The translations under genes and the position numbers were made by a program. A stretch of 53,436 bases of DNA from Dehalococcoidia bacterium (GTDB lineage: Bacteria; Chloroflexota; Dehalococcoidia; UBA2979), in assembly GCA_034420575.1 (NCBI GenBank), contig DAOULE010000210.1, positions 1 through 53,436 on the forward strand, in the 5' to 3' direction. Shown one piece after another: positions 8,577 through 17,691 of this stretch. Numbering within the stretch: the stretch's first letter is position 1; each line of letters begins with the position of its first letter. Below the pieces are notes generated by a model that ran no database searches, had not been told where the DNA came from, and saw nothing but the letters and a program-made list of their open reading frames with translations.

Positions 8577-8593
8577 GTTAATCGCGCCTTAAC
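8577..8593 (+). promoter_or_regulatory. candidate Pho box: direct repeats TTAATC / TTAACC with 11-bp periodicity upstream of pstS
   Basis: TTAATCgcgccTTAACC lies about 110 nt upstream of the pstS ATG, in an otherwise GC-rich spacer. Confidence 0.35.
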
Positions 8594-8700
8594 CCGACCG
8601 TCTGAGCATCGCCATGTGGCGGAATCTCGACGACCAGGCGAGCAGGGGCACGCCATCGCACATTCGGTGGGCGCAACGAACGCGCCTCGTGGAAGGTGAC

Positions 8701-9714
8701 ATGCTCATGACCTGGACCCGCTGGTGGGGATTGTTGCCCCTCGTATCGCTGACGGCGGCTGCGAGTTTGCTCGTCGCGGCTTGCGGCGGTGACGACGACG
8801 GCGGTGGAGGGACGACAGCGCCCGCGGGCACTGAGGCGCCTGCGGAAGAGAAGCTCTCCGGCTCGGTCGCCATCGACGGATCGAGCACCGTGTTCCCGGT
8901 GACCGAGGCGGTCGCCGAGGAGTTCCGGGCGGTGGCGCCGGACGTGCGCGTGACCGTCGGCGTCTCCGGCACCGGGGGCGGCTTCCAGAAGTTCTGCTCG
9001 GGCGAGACGGACATCTCCGACGCCTCCCGCCCCATCAGGGAAGGCGAGATCGAGGACTGCGCCGAGGCCGGGATCGAGTATCTGGAGCTGCGAGTCGGCC
9101 TCGACGGCCTGGCCGTGGTGACGCACCCCGACACGGAGTTCCTCGAGTGCATCACGATGGACGAGCTCGCCACGCTCTGGCGCCCCGAGTCCGAGGGCAG
9201 CGTGAACAGCTGGGACCAGGTCCGCTCGAGCTGGCCGGGCGTGGACGTCACGCTCTTCGGCCCCGACACGGACTCCGGTACGTTCGACTTCTTCACCGAG
9301 GAGGTGAACGGCGAGGGCGGCGCGTCGCGTGCCGACTACACCAACTCGACGGACGACAACGTGCTGGTCACCGGCATCTCGGGCACCGAGGGCGCCTCGG
9401 GCTACTTCGGCTACGCGTACTACGCCGAGAACAGCGACAAGCTGAAGGTCGTCGCCGTCGATGGCGGTGAGGGCTGCGTGATCCCGTCGGACGAGACGGT
9501 GTCGGACGGCAGCTATCCGCTGGCGCGCCCGCTGTACATCTACGTCAGCACGGAGTCGCTGGCCGAAAAGCCGCAGGTGCGCGAGTTCGTGCGCTTCTAC
9601 CTCAGCGACGCGGCGATCACGCTGGTCACGGACGTCGGCTACACCGCCATTGCGGCGGACGAGCTGGCAGAGTCCCGCGCAGCCCTCGAGGCCGCAATCG
9701 CAGGCGGCGGCTAG
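8701..9714 (+). CDS. pstS: phosphate ABC transporter substrate-binding lipoprotein PstS
   Basis: ORF 8614..9714, trimmed to ATG 8701 (SD-like GGAAGGTG upstream). It has lipobox LVAACGGDDDGGGG, then SGSVAIDGSSTVFPVTEAVAEEF...GTGGGFQKF. It is followed by pstCAB-phoU. Confidence 0.92.
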   Translation: MLMTWTRWWGLLPLVSLTAAASLLVAACGGDDDGGGGTTAPAGTEAPAEEKLSGSVAIDGSSTVFPVTEAVAEEFRAVAPDVRVTVGVSGTGGGFQKFCSGETDISDASRPIREGEIEDCAEAGIEYLELRVGLDGLAVVTHPDTEFLECITMDELATLWRPESEGSVNSWDQVRSSWPGVDVTLFGPDTDSGTFDFFTEEVNGEGGASRADYTNSTDDNVLVTGISGTEGASGYFGYAYYAENSDKLKVVAVDGGEGCVIPSDETVSDGSYPLARPLYIYVSTESLAEKPQVREFVRFYLSDAAITLVTDVGYTAIAADELAESRAALEAAIAGGG

Positions 9715-9744
9715 GGGCGGGCGCGAGCGAGGAGCACGCGACTG

Positions 9745-10680
9745 ATGGCTGCCGGATCGGCAGCAGCAGGGGGGCCGCAGTCGGCGCTGTTCCAGCGCCG
9801 GCGCGGCCGTCAGGTGGTCGAACAGGCCATCGGCTGGGCGCTGTTCCTGTGCGCGGCCGTGACGGTGCTCACCACGGTGGGCATCGTCCTCATCCTCGTC
9901 GTGGAGGGCCTGCAGTTCTTCGGCGACGTGTCCCCGTGGGAGTTCTTCACGGGCACGAAGTGGACGCCGCTCTATACCAACCAGGCCTTCGGCGTGCTGC
10001 CGCTCATCGGCGGCACGCTCATGGTCGCCATCGGCGCCGCGTTCATCTCGGTGCCGATCGGTAGCGTGACCGCGATCTACCTCTCCGAGTTCGCCAGCCC
10101 GGGCGTGCGGGCGGTACTGAAGCCGATCCTCGAGATCCTCGCGGGCATCCCGACGGTGGTGTACGGCTACTTCGCGCTCACGGCGGTGACGCCGTTCCTC
10201 GGCACGTTCTCCGACCCGAGCATCTTCAACGCGGCCTCGGCCATGGTCGTGGTCGGGATCATGACCATCCCGATGGTCTCCTCGCTCTCCGACGACGCGC
10301 TCCACGCCGTCCCGCAGGACCTGCGCGAGGCCGCCTACGCGGTGGGCTCCACGCGGTTCGAGGTGACCACGCGGGTGGTCTACCCGGCGGCGCTGAGCGG
10401 CGTCATCGCCTCCTACATCCTCGCGTCGTCCCGCGCGATCGGCGAGACGATGGCGGTGACCATCGCCGCGGGCTCGACGCCGAACCTGACGTGGAACCCG
10501 CTCGAGTCGATCCAGACGATGACCGCGTTCATCGTGCAGGTCTCGCTGGGTGACACGCCGCACGGGACGATCGAGTTCCGCACGATCTTCGCGGTGGCGC
10601 TCACGCTCTTCGCCATCACGCTGATCATGAACGTCATCGCCGCGCGCGTGACCGCGCGCTTCCGGGAGGTCTACGACTGA
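9745..10680 (+). CDS. pstC: phosphate ABC transporter permease PstC
   Basis: 311-aa polytopic membrane protein. Its position and motifs (...[15 protein letters not shown]...) match PstC, and its stop overlaps the pstA ATG (ATGA). Confidence 0.92.
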   Translation: MAAGSAAAGGPQSALFQRRRGRQVVEQAIGWALFLCAAVTVLTTVGIVLILVVEGLQFFGDVSPWEFFTGTKWTPLYTNQAFGVLPLIGGTLMVAIGAAFISVPIGSVTAIYLSEFASPGVRAVLKPILEILAGIPTVVYGYFALTAVTPFLGTFSDPSIFNAASAMVVVGIMTIPMVSSLSDDALHAVPQDLREAAYAVGSTRFEVTTRVVYPAALSGVIASYILASSRAIGETMAVTIAAGSTPNLTWNPLESIQTMTAFIVQVSLGDTPHGTIEFRTIFAVALTLFAITLIMNVIAARVTARFREVYD

Positions 10681-11603
10681 TGGCCGCCCGTAACACCAGC
10701 GTCGCCCGCGAGAGCTACGTCCCGAGGCTGTCGTTCCGCCAGACCGTCGGCACGGGATTCCTCGCGCTGTGCATGGCGGGGACGATGGTCGGCATCGTCT
10801 TCCTCGCGTTCCTGCTCACCGACGTGTGGCGTGACGGCAACGGCTTCCTGCGATGGGAGTTCCTCCAGAACTTCCCCTCGCGGTTCCCGGAGCGCGCCGG
10901 CTTCCAGTCCGCGCTGTGGGGCAGCCTGTGGCTGATCGCCACCACGGCGGTCCTCGCCTTCCCGATCGGGGTCGGCGCGGCGATCTACATGGAGGAGTAC
11001 GCGCCGAAGAACCTCGTGACGAGGGTCATCCAGGTCAACATCTCGAACCTCGCCGGGGTGCCGTCGATCGTGTTCGGGCTGCTCGGCCTGCAGATCTTCG
11101 TGCGTGGCACCATCGGCTTCGGGCCGAGCCTGGGCGGCGGCTTCGGCCGCTCGATCATCGCCGGCGGCGCGACGATGGCGCTGCTGATCCTCCCGATCGT
11201 GATCGTGGCGGCGCAGGAGTCGATCAAGGCCGTGCCGCCGTCGCTGCGCGAGGCCTCCTACGGCGTCGGTGCCACGCGCTGGCAGACCGTGTGGCACCAC
11301 GTGTTGCCGCAGGCGTTCCCCGGCATCCTGACCGGCACGATCCTCGCGCTCTCGCGCGCGATCGGCGAGACGGCGCCGCTGATCATGATCGGGGCGCTGA
11401 CGTTCGTGGCCTTCCGGCCGGAGAGCCCGCTGGACCCGTTCACGGTCATGCCGATCCAGATCTACAACTGGGTGAGCCGGCCGCAGGCCGACTTCCACGA
11501 CCTCGCGGCGACGGGAATCATCGTCCTGCTCGTCGTGCTGCTCTCGATGAACGCACTCGCCGTGTTCCTGCGGCAGTGGACAGGACGCCGCCATGGGCGC
11601 TAA
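10680..11603 (+). CDS. pstA: phosphate ABC transporter permease PstA
   Basis: 307-aa membrane protein with [22 protein letters not shown] and [17 protein letters not shown]. Confidence 0.92.
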   Translation: MAARNTSVARESYVPRLSFRQTVGTGFLALCMAGTMVGIVFLAFLLTDVWRDGNGFLRWEFLQNFPSRFPERAGFQSALWGSLWLIATTAVLAFPIGVGAAIYMEEYAPKNLVTRVIQVNISNLAGVPSIVFGLLGLQIFVRGTIGFGPSLGGGFGRSIIAGGATMALLILPIVIVAAQESIKAVPPSLREASYGVGATRWQTVWHHVLPQAFPGILTGTILALSRAIGETAPLIMIGALTFVAFRPESPLDPFTVMPIQIYNWVSRPQADFHDLAATGIIVLLVVLLSMNALAVFLRQWTGRRHGR

Positions 11604-11641
11604 TACAGAGCGACCGGCGGGTCGCCGGTAAGGGGTACAGG

Positions 11642-12523
11642 ATGGTCCGCCAGGTGACGGAAGAGACCGAACGCACCGCGACCCAGCGCAGCCCGGCCGT
11701 GGGAGCCGCCACCGCCGGGGTGACGTTCCAGTCCCAGGCCGCCGAAGACGGCGAGGCCGTCTCGCCGGCCGTCGAGATCCGCAACGTGAGCCTGTGGTAC
11801 GGGGCGCACCAGGCGCTGGGCGACGTATCGCTGGACATCCCGCGCAACCGCGTGACCGCGCTGATCGGCCCCTCGGGCTGCGGCAAGAGCACGCTTCTGC
11901 GCTGCATCAACCGCATGAACGAGCTCATCGACGGTGTCCGCATCGAGGGCGACGTCTTCATCGACGGCGAGAACATCTACGGCCCCGACGTCGACCCGCC
12001 GGACGTGCGCCGGATCGTGGGGATGGTGTTCCAGCGCCCCAACCCGTTCCCGAAGTCGATCTACGACAACGTCGCCTTCGGCGCGCGGATCAACGGGTTC
12101 AAGGGCGACATGGACGGCCTGGTCGAGGAGTCGCTGCGGCGCGCGGCGCTGTGGGACGAGGTCAAGGACGACCTCAAGAAGTCCGGCCTCGCGCTCTCGG
12201 GCGGCCAGCAGCAGCGGTTGTGCATCGCGCGCGCGATCGCCGTGAACCCCGAGATCGTCCTCATGGACGAGCCCTGCTCCGCCCTCGACCCCATCGCGAC
12301 GCAGCGCATCGAGGACCTCATGGAGGACCTCGCGAGCGACTACACGATCGTCGTGGTGACGCACAACATGCAGCAGGCCGCGCGCGTCTCGCACCGCACC
12401 GCGTTCATGCTCGCCGGCGACGACCTCGTCGGACGCCTGGTCGAGTTCCAGGACACGGACCAGATCTTCCTCAACCCAGAGGACGAGCGGACCGAGCAGT
12501 ACATCACCGGCCGCTTCGGCTAA
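11642..12523 (+). CDS. pstB: phosphate ABC transporter ATP-binding protein PstB
   Basis: This is the in-frame tail of ORF 10853..12523, starting at ATG 11642. It has [36 protein letters not shown] and [12 protein letters not shown]. Confidence 0.93.
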   Translation: MVRQVTEETERTATQRSPAVGAATAGVTFQSQAAEDGEAVSPAVEIRNVSLWYGAHQALGDVSLDIPRNRVTALIGPSGCGKSTLLRCINRMNELIDGVRIEGDVFIDGENIYGPDVDPPDVRRIVGMVFQRPNPFPKSIYDNVAFGARINGFKGDMDGLVEESLRRAALWDEVKDDLKKSGLALSGGQQQRLCIARAIAVNPEIVLMDEPCSALDPIATQRIEDLMEDLASDYTIVVVTHNMQQAARVSHRTAFMLAGDDLVGRLVEFQDTDQIFLNPEDERTEQYITGRFG

Positions 12524-12595
12524 TTCCGAGCACCGTTCCGCAAGGCGCCGTCAACCGTGGCGATGCGGGCCTTGCAGAGGTGGGTACCCTGAGTC

Positions 12596-13270
12596 ATGGT
12601 CCGAATGCCGCGAGAGCACTTCCGCACAGACCTGGTCCACCTGCAGGATCGGGTGCTCGAGATGGGCGCGATGGTCGATCGCCAGATCGAGCGCGCCATG
12701 CAGGCGCTCGTCGAGCGCGACACCGCGCTGGCCGACGCGGTCATCCGCGACGACGACGAGGTGAACCGCACGCGGTTCGAGATCGACCAGCAAGCGCTCA
12801 ACATGCTCGCGCAGCAGGCGCCGATGGCCGTCGACCTGCGCACGATCATCTCTGTGCTCTCGATCAACATCGACCTGGAGCGCATGGGCGACCACGCCAA
12901 GGGCATCGGCGCGATCGTGCAGATGATGTCCAGCGAGCCGCTGGTGAAGCCGCTGGTCGACATCCCGGAGATGGCGACGCGCGCCCGCGCGATGCTCGCC
13001 AACTCCCTCGACGCGTTCGTGCAGCGCGACGTCGACGCGGCCCGCCGCGTGGGCGAGGCCGACGACGGCGTGGACGAGCTACAGGACCGCGTCTACCACG
13101 ACCTGGTGCAGATCATGATCGAGGACCCCACCACCGTGGAGCCGTGCACGCACCTGCTGTGGGTCTCCCACAACATCGAGCGCATCGCCGACCGCACCAC
13201 GAACATCGCCGAGCGCGTGATCTTCACCGTCACCGGTGAGCTCACCGAGATGGACGTCTCGACCTACTAG
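12596..13270 (+). CDS. phoU: phosphate signalling complex protein PhoU
   Basis: 224 aa with two PhoU repeats (DDEVNRTRFEID..., DDGVDELQDRVYHDL...IERIADRTTNIAERV), directly after pstB. Confidence 0.9.
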   Translation: MVRMPREHFRTDLVHLQDRVLEMGAMVDRQIERAMQALVERDTALADAVIRDDDEVNRTRFEIDQQALNMLAQQAPMAVDLRTIISVLSINIDLERMGDHAKGIGAIVQMMSSEPLVKPLVDIPEMATRARAMLANSLDAFVQRDVDAARRVGEADDGVDELQDRVYHDLVQIMIEDPTTVEPCTHLLWVSHNIERIADRTTNIAERVIFTVTGELTEMDVSTY

Positions 13271-13284
13271 GCGGTCTGCCGGCC

Positions 13285-13707
13285 TCAGCCCGACACGACC
13301 TCGCCCACGAATGCGTCGATGCGTGACCGCACGTCCGCGCGCGTCGCGCGGAAGGCGGCCATGCGCTGCTCGTCGTCGCCCTCCGCGGCGGCGGGGTCCT
13401 CGAGGCTCCAGTGGAGCTGCGCGCCTGCGTGCGGGAACACCGGGCAGGACTCGCGCGCGCGGTCGCAGACCGTGATCACGTAGTCCCACGGCGCGTCCAC
13501 GTACGCGTCGACGTGCGTCGACTCGGCGTCGCCCACGTCGATGCCGTCCTCGGCGAGCACGCGCACGGTGAGCGGGTTGAGCCCGGCCGGTTCGCTGCCG
13601 GCCGAGTGCGCCTCGAACGCCCCGCCGCCGCGCTCGCGCAGCAGCGCCTCGGCGATCTGCGAGCGCGCCGAGTTGCCGGTGCAGACGAAGAGGACGCGCG
13701 TGGCCAT
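13285..13707 (-). CDS. arsC: arsenate reductase, thioredoxin-coupled LMW-PTP type (ArsC)
   Basis: The last 140 codons of ORF 13285..14433, starting at ATG 13705-13707. It has P-loop VCTGNSARS plus the Cys pair VITVCDRARESCP, as in pI258-type ArsC. Confidence 0.88.
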   Translation of the reverse strand: MATRVLFVCTGNSARSQIAEALLRERGGGAFEAHSAGSEPAGLNPLTVRVLAEDGIDVGDAESTHVDAYVDAPWDYVITVCDRARESCPVFPHAGAQLHWSLEDPAAAEGDDEQRMAAFRATRADVRSRIDAFVGEVVSG

Positions 13708-13709
13708 GG

Positions 13710-14423
13710 CTAGGCGGCTTCGTCGATGTCGTGCTCGTCGGCGGGCGGGTTGCCGCTGCGGATGAGCATGTAGATGGCCGCGCCCAGCAGCGCCCCGGCG
13801 ATCGGGCCGGCCCAGTAGACCCAGTGGTCCACCCATTGCCCGGACAGCAGGGCCGGGCCGAACGAGCGCGCCGGGTTCATCGACGCCCCCGCGATGGGGC
13901 CGGAGAACGTCGCCGCGAGCCCCACGTAGCCGCCGATGGCGATCGCGGCGTGGTCGCGGACCGCGCGGAAGTCGGTCGCGACGGCCATGATCACGAACAT
14001 CAGCCCCGCCGTGATGACGACCTCGAGGCCGAGCGCCTGCCCCGCGCTGCCCGTCGGCACCGTCGAGCCGAGGTCGGCGACGACGCCGAACAGCCAGCGC
14101 AGCATGAGCGCAGCCGCCGCCGCGCCGACGAGTTGCGCGACGATGTAGGGCGGCACGTGACGCTTCGGGAAGTGCCCGGCGACGGAGAAGGCAAGCGTGA
14201 CGGCGGGGTTGATGTGCGCCCCCGAGATGTGGCCTGTGGCGAAGATCGCCACCATCACGACGAGGCCGAACGAGAGCCCGATCCCGAGGTGCGTGACCGA
14301 GCCGCCGGAGACCTCGTTGATGACCGCGGCGCCCGGCCCGGCGAAGACGAGCAGGAACGTCCCCACCGCCTCGGCGGTGTAGGCGCGCATATCGGAACCG
14401 GTCGGCAGCAGCTGATTTCCCAC
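13710..14423 (-). CDS. MIP-family channel (aquaporin/aquaglyceroporin), probable arsenite channel
   Basis: 237 aa with two NPA boxes (GAHINPAVT, GASMNPARS) and six hydrophobic segments. Its TAG stop lies 2 nt before the arsC ATG. Confidence 0.88.
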   Translation of the reverse strand: MGNQLLPTGSDMRAYTAEAVGTFLLVFAGPGAAVINEVSGGSVTHLGIGLSFGLVVMVAIFATGHISGAHINPAVTLAFSVAGHFPKRHVPPYIVAQLVGAAAAALMLRWLFGVVADLGSTVPTGSAGQALGLEVVITAGLMFVIMAVATDFRAVRDHAAIAIGGYVGLAATFSGPIAGASMNPARSFGPALLSGQWVDHWVYWAGPIAGALLGAAIYMLIRSGNPPADEHDIDEAA

Positions 14424-14545
14424 GGGCCTCCACCCTCGCTATGAGCGGCTAAGCCAACATTAACCCGGCCGGACCGCAACCGCCCTGCGCGCAGGTGGCC
14501 GCTCCGCATAGACTTCACGACGTAATCAGGCCGGAGATTCCCACC

Positions 14546-16123
14546 ATGCCGCCAACGGACGGCCTCGAGGTCGAGTGGCAGTTCGGCGTGGACGACCTCG
14601 CCGCGGCCGAGCGTGCGCTGCACGCCAGCGCGGCCACGCTCCGCCTCACCCTGGCGCCCGCGAGGACGCGGGTGCTGCTCGACGAGTACCTCGACACCAC
14701 CGACTGGGCGTTCCATCGCGCGAGCTACGCGCTGCGGCTGCGCGAGTCCGGCGGGAGCGTCGAGGCGACGCTGAAGAGCTTCGGGGACCAGTCGGACGGT
14801 CCGTTCCGGCGTCATGAGATCAACCAGCCGCTGGAAGGCGCAGGCCATGCCGCACTCCTGGCGGCGTCAGGCCCCGTGGCGCGCCGCGTGCGCGCGGTCG
14901 TGGGAGAAGGCGATCTGGGTGGGCTGTTCTCGCTCCGCACCGAGCGTCGCACCTTCGACGTCCACGTCAACGGGAGCGACCGCCCCATCGCCGAGGTCGC
15001 CCTCGACGCGACCGAGGTGGCGACGGGCGGCGCGGAAGCGCTCGCGCTGCGCCGCATCGAGCTGGAGGTCATCGACCCCGACGCTCTCGCGTCCGTCGAG
15101 GCACTGGCGGCGGCGCTCGGGAGCGTCGAGGGATTCAGGCATACGTCGACCTCGAAGTTCGCGGCGGGCCTCGCCGCGACCGGACAGTCACCGGCGGGGC
15201 CGCCCGACCTCGGGTCGACGAAGGTGAAGCGCTCGTCGACGCTCGGGGCCGTGGCGTACGCGGCGCTGCGCCGGCAGTTCGCGCGCGTCCTTGCCAACGA
15301 GCCGGGCACGCGACTCGGCGAGGACATCGAGGCGCTGCACGACATGCGCGTCGCCACGCGGCGGCTGCGCACGGCGGTATCGGCGTTCTCGGCCGCGCTG
15401 CCGCCGGAGGTGCTGGCCGCGCGCCCCGACTTCGGGTGGGTGGCCGACGTGCTGGGCGAGGTCCGCGACCTGGACGTCGAGCTCGCGTGGCTGCGCGAGG
15501 ACGCCGCCGCCCTGGCGGGCGTGGACGAGGAGGCGCTGGCGCCGCTCATCGCCTCGCTGGACGAGCGGCGCGAGGCAGCGCGGACGCGGATGCTCGCCGC
15601 CCTCGACTCGCCGCGCTACGAGAGCCTCGTCGACGTGATGACCGGGATGCTGCGCGCCGGAGAGACGACGCCCGTCGGGGCCTCGCCGGCGGTGCGCACG
15701 GCTCCCGACCTGCTGCGCAGGCGGTGGCGGCGCTTCAACCGCGTCGCGAGGGAGCTCGGACCCGACTCGTCGGACGCTGATTACCACGACGCGCGGATCC
15801 GCGTGAAGCGGATCCGCTACACGACCGAGTTCGCCTCCCGGCTCTACGGCAGGGCCGCACGCGACTTCATCGCCGCCCTGAAGGACGCGCAGGACGAGCT
15901 TGGTCGCCGCCAGGACGCGGCCGTCGCGATCGGCATGCTCGAGGAGATCGCGGCCGGTGAACGGCTGCCCGACGCCACCGTGGCCGCGATGCGCGAGCTC
16001 GCGGAGCGCGAGCGAGCCGTGGTCGACGAGGTCAGCGCGGCGTTCCCGGGGCGGCGTCGGGATCTCCGTCGCGAGTGGCGGCGGTTCAGGGCCCTCGCCG
16101 AGGAGGCCGCGCTGGACCGCTAG
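14546..16123 (+). CDS. CYTH (triphosphate tunnel metalloenzyme) plus CHAD domain protein
   Basis: ORF 14495..16123, trimmed to ATG 14546. The N-terminus has EVEWQF...DEYLDTTDW...LRLRE. The C-terminal helical region has the CHAD-like HDMRVATRRLR and HDARIRVKRIRY repeats. Confidence 0.8.
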   Translation: MPPTDGLEVEWQFGVDDLAAAERALHASAATLRLTLAPARTRVLLDEYLDTTDWAFHRASYALRLRESGGSVEATLKSFGDQSDGPFRRHEINQPLEGAGHAALLAASGPVARRVRAVVGEGDLGGLFSLRTERRTFDVHVNGSDRPIAEVALDATEVATGGAEALALRRIELEVIDPDALASVEALAAALGSVEGFRHTSTSKFAAGLAATGQSPAGPPDLGSTKVKRSSTLGAVAYAALRRQFARVLANEPGTRLGEDIEALHDMRVATRRLRTAVSAFSAALPPEVLAARPDFGWVADVLGEVRDLDVELAWLREDAAALAGVDEEALAPLIASLDERREAARTRMLAALDSPRYESLVDVMTGMLRAGETTPVGASPAVRTAPDLLRRRWRRFNRVARELGPDSSDADYHDARIRVKRIRYTTEFASRLYGRAARDFIAALKDAQDELGRRQDAAVAIGMLEEIAAGERLPDATVAAMRELAERERAVVDEVSAAFPGRRRDLRREWRRFRALAEEAALDR

Positions 16124-17616
16124 GAGCGGCCCTTGACGCGCAGGCCCACGCCGAACGTCTCCCGCAGGCGCTCCGCGAGCTGGCCCGGCTGCCACGTCGT
16201 GGGACCGCGCAGCGAGATGCGCAGGTCGCCGCGCTTCACCGATGCCCGCACCTTCCCGGGCTCCGAGCGGCGGCGCAGCTCCTCGGCGACCGCGACGACG
16301 ACGCCCGCGCGGAGCAGGGCTGGTTCGTCGTCGGCTCCGAGGAGCGGGCGGAGCGATCGCACCTCCCACGTGGGGCGTCGCGCCAGCCGGGCGGCAGCCG
16401 CGATGCGGGCGATCTCGGGCTGTGAGAACCCCGACAGGTTCGAGTCCAGCAGGATCGCCGTGGTGGCGCCGGCGCGTCGGTAGAAGTCGACCTGCAGGCC
16501 CGCGTTGTACAGCATCGCCGCGAACTCGACGGTCTCGTGCGCCTCGGCCCCGGCGTCGGGGTCGAGGAGCTCGCTGAGCGTGACGGCGAGCTGCGCGCGA
16601 TGGTGCGCGCTGTCCGTCTCCGCGTCGCCGAAGCGCTGCGCGAACGCCTCGACTGAGCCGCGCCGGACCTCGCTCACGGGCGGGAGCTCGTGCAGGAACT
16701 GCGAACGGGCGATGCCCTCGCGCAGTCCCTGCCCGGCGACCAGCACGGCGTCGGTACGGGTGTGCGCGGCAACGCCGTCCACGACGAGGGCGCCCGCGGC
16801 GATGATGCCGGCGCGGTCCGCGTTGAGGCCGCGCACGTCGCGGCGCTCCTGCTGCGACATGCCCGCCAGCAGGCGGGTGAGCCGGTGCAGCCTGCGGATG
16901 GTGATCGAGTGGCCGTGCAGGCGGGAGATCGGGTAGCGCTGGCGTCGTCGTCGGCTGACGTTCGCGAGGTTGCGCACGGTGCCGCCGGTGCCGACGAGCA
17001 CCTCACCCTTGCCGAGCCGGGGTACGCCCGCGGCGCGGAGCTCGCGGCGGACGTGACGCCGCAGGGCCGACATGTCGTCCTCGTCCGGCGGGTCCGAGGA
17101 GAGGAAGCGGTCGGTCAGCCGCAGCGTGCCGAACGGGAACGACCACGTCTCCACCGGCGCGCGGCCCTCGATGCGCGCGAGCAGGAGGCTCCCCCCGCCG
17201 AGGTCGAGCAGCAGCCCGTCGGTGACGGGCAGCCCGAACACCGCGCCGAGGCTGGCCAGCCGCACCTCCTCGCTGCCGCTGAGCACCTCGAGCTTGACGC
17301 CCCAGCGCGAGCGCAGCTTGCGGGCCAGGGCGTCGGCGTTCGCCGCGTCGCGCAACGCCGCGGTCCCGACGGCGTGCACGGATCCGGCCCCGGCGTGCGA
17401 GGCGAGTCGGACGAAATCCCCGATCGCGTCGAGCGTCTGGTCCAGCACGTCGGGCGGGATCGCGCCGTGCGTGTCGACGACGCGCGCGAGGCGCAGCGTC
17501 GCGCGGGCGTCGTCGAGGACGTCGAGGTGGCCGCCGGGCAGGGGCCGGGCGATGAGGAGGCGGACGGAGTTGGAGCCGACGTCGATCACGGCGATCGGTG
17601 GGGCGCCGTTCTCCAT
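16120..17616 (-). CDS. ppx: exopolyphosphatase / Ppx-GppA family phosphatase
   Basis: 498 aa. The N-terminus reads IAVIDVGSNSVRLLIA, with DLGGGSLLLA and VGTGGTVRNLA. It is convergent with the CHAD gene and their stops overlap in CTAG. Confidence 0.88.
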   Translation of the reverse strand: MENGAPPIAVIDVGSNSVRLLIARPLPGGHLDVLDDARATLRLARVVDTHGAIPPDVLDQTLDAIGDFVRLASHAGAGSVHAVGTAALRDAANADALARKLRSRWGVKLEVLSGSEEVRLASLGAVFGLPVTDGLLLDLGGGSLLLARIEGRAPVETWSFPFGTLRLTDRFLSSDPPDEDDMSALRRHVRRELRAAGVPRLGKGEVLVGTGGTVRNLANVSRRRRQRYPISRLHGHSITIRRLHRLTRLLAGMSQQERRDVRGLNADRAGIIAAGALVVDGVAAHTRTDAVLVAGQGLREGIARSQFLHELPPVSEVRRGSVEAFAQRFGDAETDSAHHRAQLAVTLSELLDPDAGAEAHETVEFAAMLYNAGLQVDFYRRAGATTAILLDSNLSGFSQPEIARIAAAARLARRPTWEVRSLRPLLGADDEPALLRAGVVVAVAEELRRRSEPGKVRASVKRGDLRISLRGPTTWQPGQLAERLRETFGVGLRVKGRS

Positions 17617-17691
17617 CGGTCGGGACTGCCTCTCGCGGGGAGCCGCGGGGTCGCGCTGCGGCCCCGCGTGCCAGCCTACCGCGTGTCGGCG

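Noticed and set aside
8578-10563. 661-aa minus-strand ORF across pstS/pstC. Similar long antisense ORFs are 32097..33962, 33761..35386, 23940..25520, 23803..25458, 49362..50417, 50000..51106, 44524..45597, 43432..44484, 38987..40393 and 15188..16369.
   Set aside because: All lie opposite or out of frame to genes with clear family motifs, and all translate to Arg/Gly/Ala/Asp/His-rich strings. They are high-GC shadow ORFs.
13285-14433. The single 382-aa ORF in the track, which could be read as an aquaporin-ArsC fusion protein. Such fusions exist in some actinobacteria.
   Set aside because: Only the last 140 codons (from ATG 13707) are ArsC. The upstream part of that frame is junk. The real MIP channel is in a different frame (13710..14423) with its own TAG stop, so these are two adjacent genes, not a fusion.
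16120-16123. Convergent genes sharing overlapping stop codons through CTAG (CHAD/ppx at 16120-16123, higA/HAD at 47695-47698, pyrE/downstream frame at 51139-51142).
   Set aside because: This is a trivial consequence of TAG being self-overlapping with its reverse complement in CTAG, and of compact gene packing. There is no evidence of function.
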